From: Candidatus Latescibacterota bacterium
GTDB lineage: Bacteria; Latescibacterota; UBA2968; GCA-2709665
DNA: 64,000 bases
Assembly: GCA_965219995.1 (NCBI GenBank)
Contig: CBDCOX010000002.1
Span: forward strand, 352,001 to 416,000
Direction: 5' to 3'
Below the pieces are notes generated by a model, which saw nothing but the letters and a program-made list of their open reading frames with translations, was not told where the DNA came from and did not search any database. Position 1 is the stretch's first letter. Each line of letters begins with the position of its first letter. Both the position numbers and the translations under genes were made by a program. Positions 63,139-64,000 of the stretch are shown here, piece by piece.

Positions 63139-64000
63139 CTACCTGTACCACGAAGCCTGTTCCTCCCACATGTCGGCGTAAACGCCCCCGCAAGCCACGA
63201 GGTCGTCGTGACGTCCGTCCTCGACGATGCCGCCCTGGCTCAGTACCAGGATGCGATCTGCCATTCGCGCGGAGCCGAGCCGGTGGCTGATCAGCAGGGC
63301 GGTACGTCCCTCCAGCAGTTCTGCGAACTGCCGGTAGAGCGCTGCTTCCGCCACGGGATCGAGGGCGGCGGCCGGCTCATCGAGGATGAGCAATTCGGGT
63401 TCACGGGTAAACGCGCGGGCGATGGCGATACGCTGCCACTCGCCGCCGGACAGTCCCTGCCCGCCGTCGAGGACGTGTCCGACTGGGGTATCGTATCCCC
63501 CGGGAAGCCGTTCCGCGATATCGTCGACGCCGGCGCGGCGTGCCGCATCCGCGACCGCCGCCATGTCCGGTTGCAGCGAGGAAGGCCACAGGCCCGCGGC
63601 GTGCACATCGCCCGAGCCGCCCACTGTACCGATTCCGATGGATTGGCCGAGTGTGAACTCGAACCGGCAGTAGTCCTGGAAAGCCGCGCTCACGGCGTCT
63701 CCCAGGCTATCCGTTTCTATATCGGCATAATCCAGGCCGTCGGCAGTCACGCGCCCGGCGGTGGGGGGATAGAGTCCAAGGAGGATCCTGGCCAGGGTGG
63801 ACTTGCCGGCGCCGTTGTCGCCGACGAGGGCGACGCGTTCGCCCGGTACCAGGCGAAGCGTTACCCCGTTCAGCACGGACGGGGCTTGTTCGCCGGAAGC
63901 CAACGCCGGGTACGTGAAGTGGACGTTGTCCACGACGAGACCTCCCCGCAGGGGTCGGGGAAAGAGAGCAGCATTCGATGTGCCGTCCGTGCCGGGAGAT
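63139..64000 (-). CDS. ABC exporter (5' part outside window)
   Basis: GDNGAGKST, AFQD, LSGGEWQR, LDEP, ISHR. Confidence 0.9.
   Translation of the reverse strand, partial: SPGTDGTSNAALFPRPLRGGLVVDNVHFTYPALASGEQAPSVLNGVTLRLVPGERVALVGDNGAGKSTLARILLGLYPPTAGRVTADGLDYADIETDSLGDAVSAAFQDYCRFEFTLGQSIGIGTVGGSGDVHAAGLWPSSLQPDMAAVADAARRAGVDDIAERLPGGYDTPVGHVLDGGQGLSGGEWQRIAIARAFTREPELLILDEPAAALDPVAEAALYRQFAELLEGRTALLISHRLGSARMADRILVLSQGGIVEDGRHDDLVACGGVYADMWEEQASWYR

Overview
High-GC (roughly 60-65%, estimated by eye) bacterial chromosome segment; gene content suggests an uncultured FCB/PVC-like heterotroph such as Latescibacterota or Gemmatimonadota (inference only). Layout: (1) 1-6.2 kb, end of the alpha ribosomal operon (rpsM, rpsK, rpsD, rpoA, rplQ) running into a GHL10-type glycoside hydrolase and rlmD, facing greA. 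(2) 6.4-29.8 kb, housekeeping and metabolic genes: DapA-like aldolase, short adenylate kinase, propeller-PP2C sensor phosphatase, folD, eukaryote-type purL, ribokinase, bamD-nadD-zapA, transporters. A candidate ~185-nt structured ncRNA (6S-like) with its own promoter and terminator lies upstream of bamD. (3) 30-50 kb, a long co-oriented catabolic cluster: an apparently catalytically dead GH38, four unrelated amidohydrolase folds, a CoA-transferase, dehydrogenases, a desaturase and two tandem paralogues of an uncharacterised family. (4) 50.6-61.3 kb, a lower-GC defence-like island: frameshifted Phd antitoxin, MNT-HEPN, AEP primase-SF2 helicase fusion, PIN toxin module, a membrane-anchored YhaO/YhaN (Mre11/Rad50-like) pair, and degenerate attC-like remnants. 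(5) A pair of ABC exporters. Intergenic spaces carry several families of small repeats: a TIR-bounded MITE with 9-mer repeats, self-nested REP-like units, and a 49-bp (7x7) array. No tRNA, rRNA, CRISPR array or intact transposase was found.
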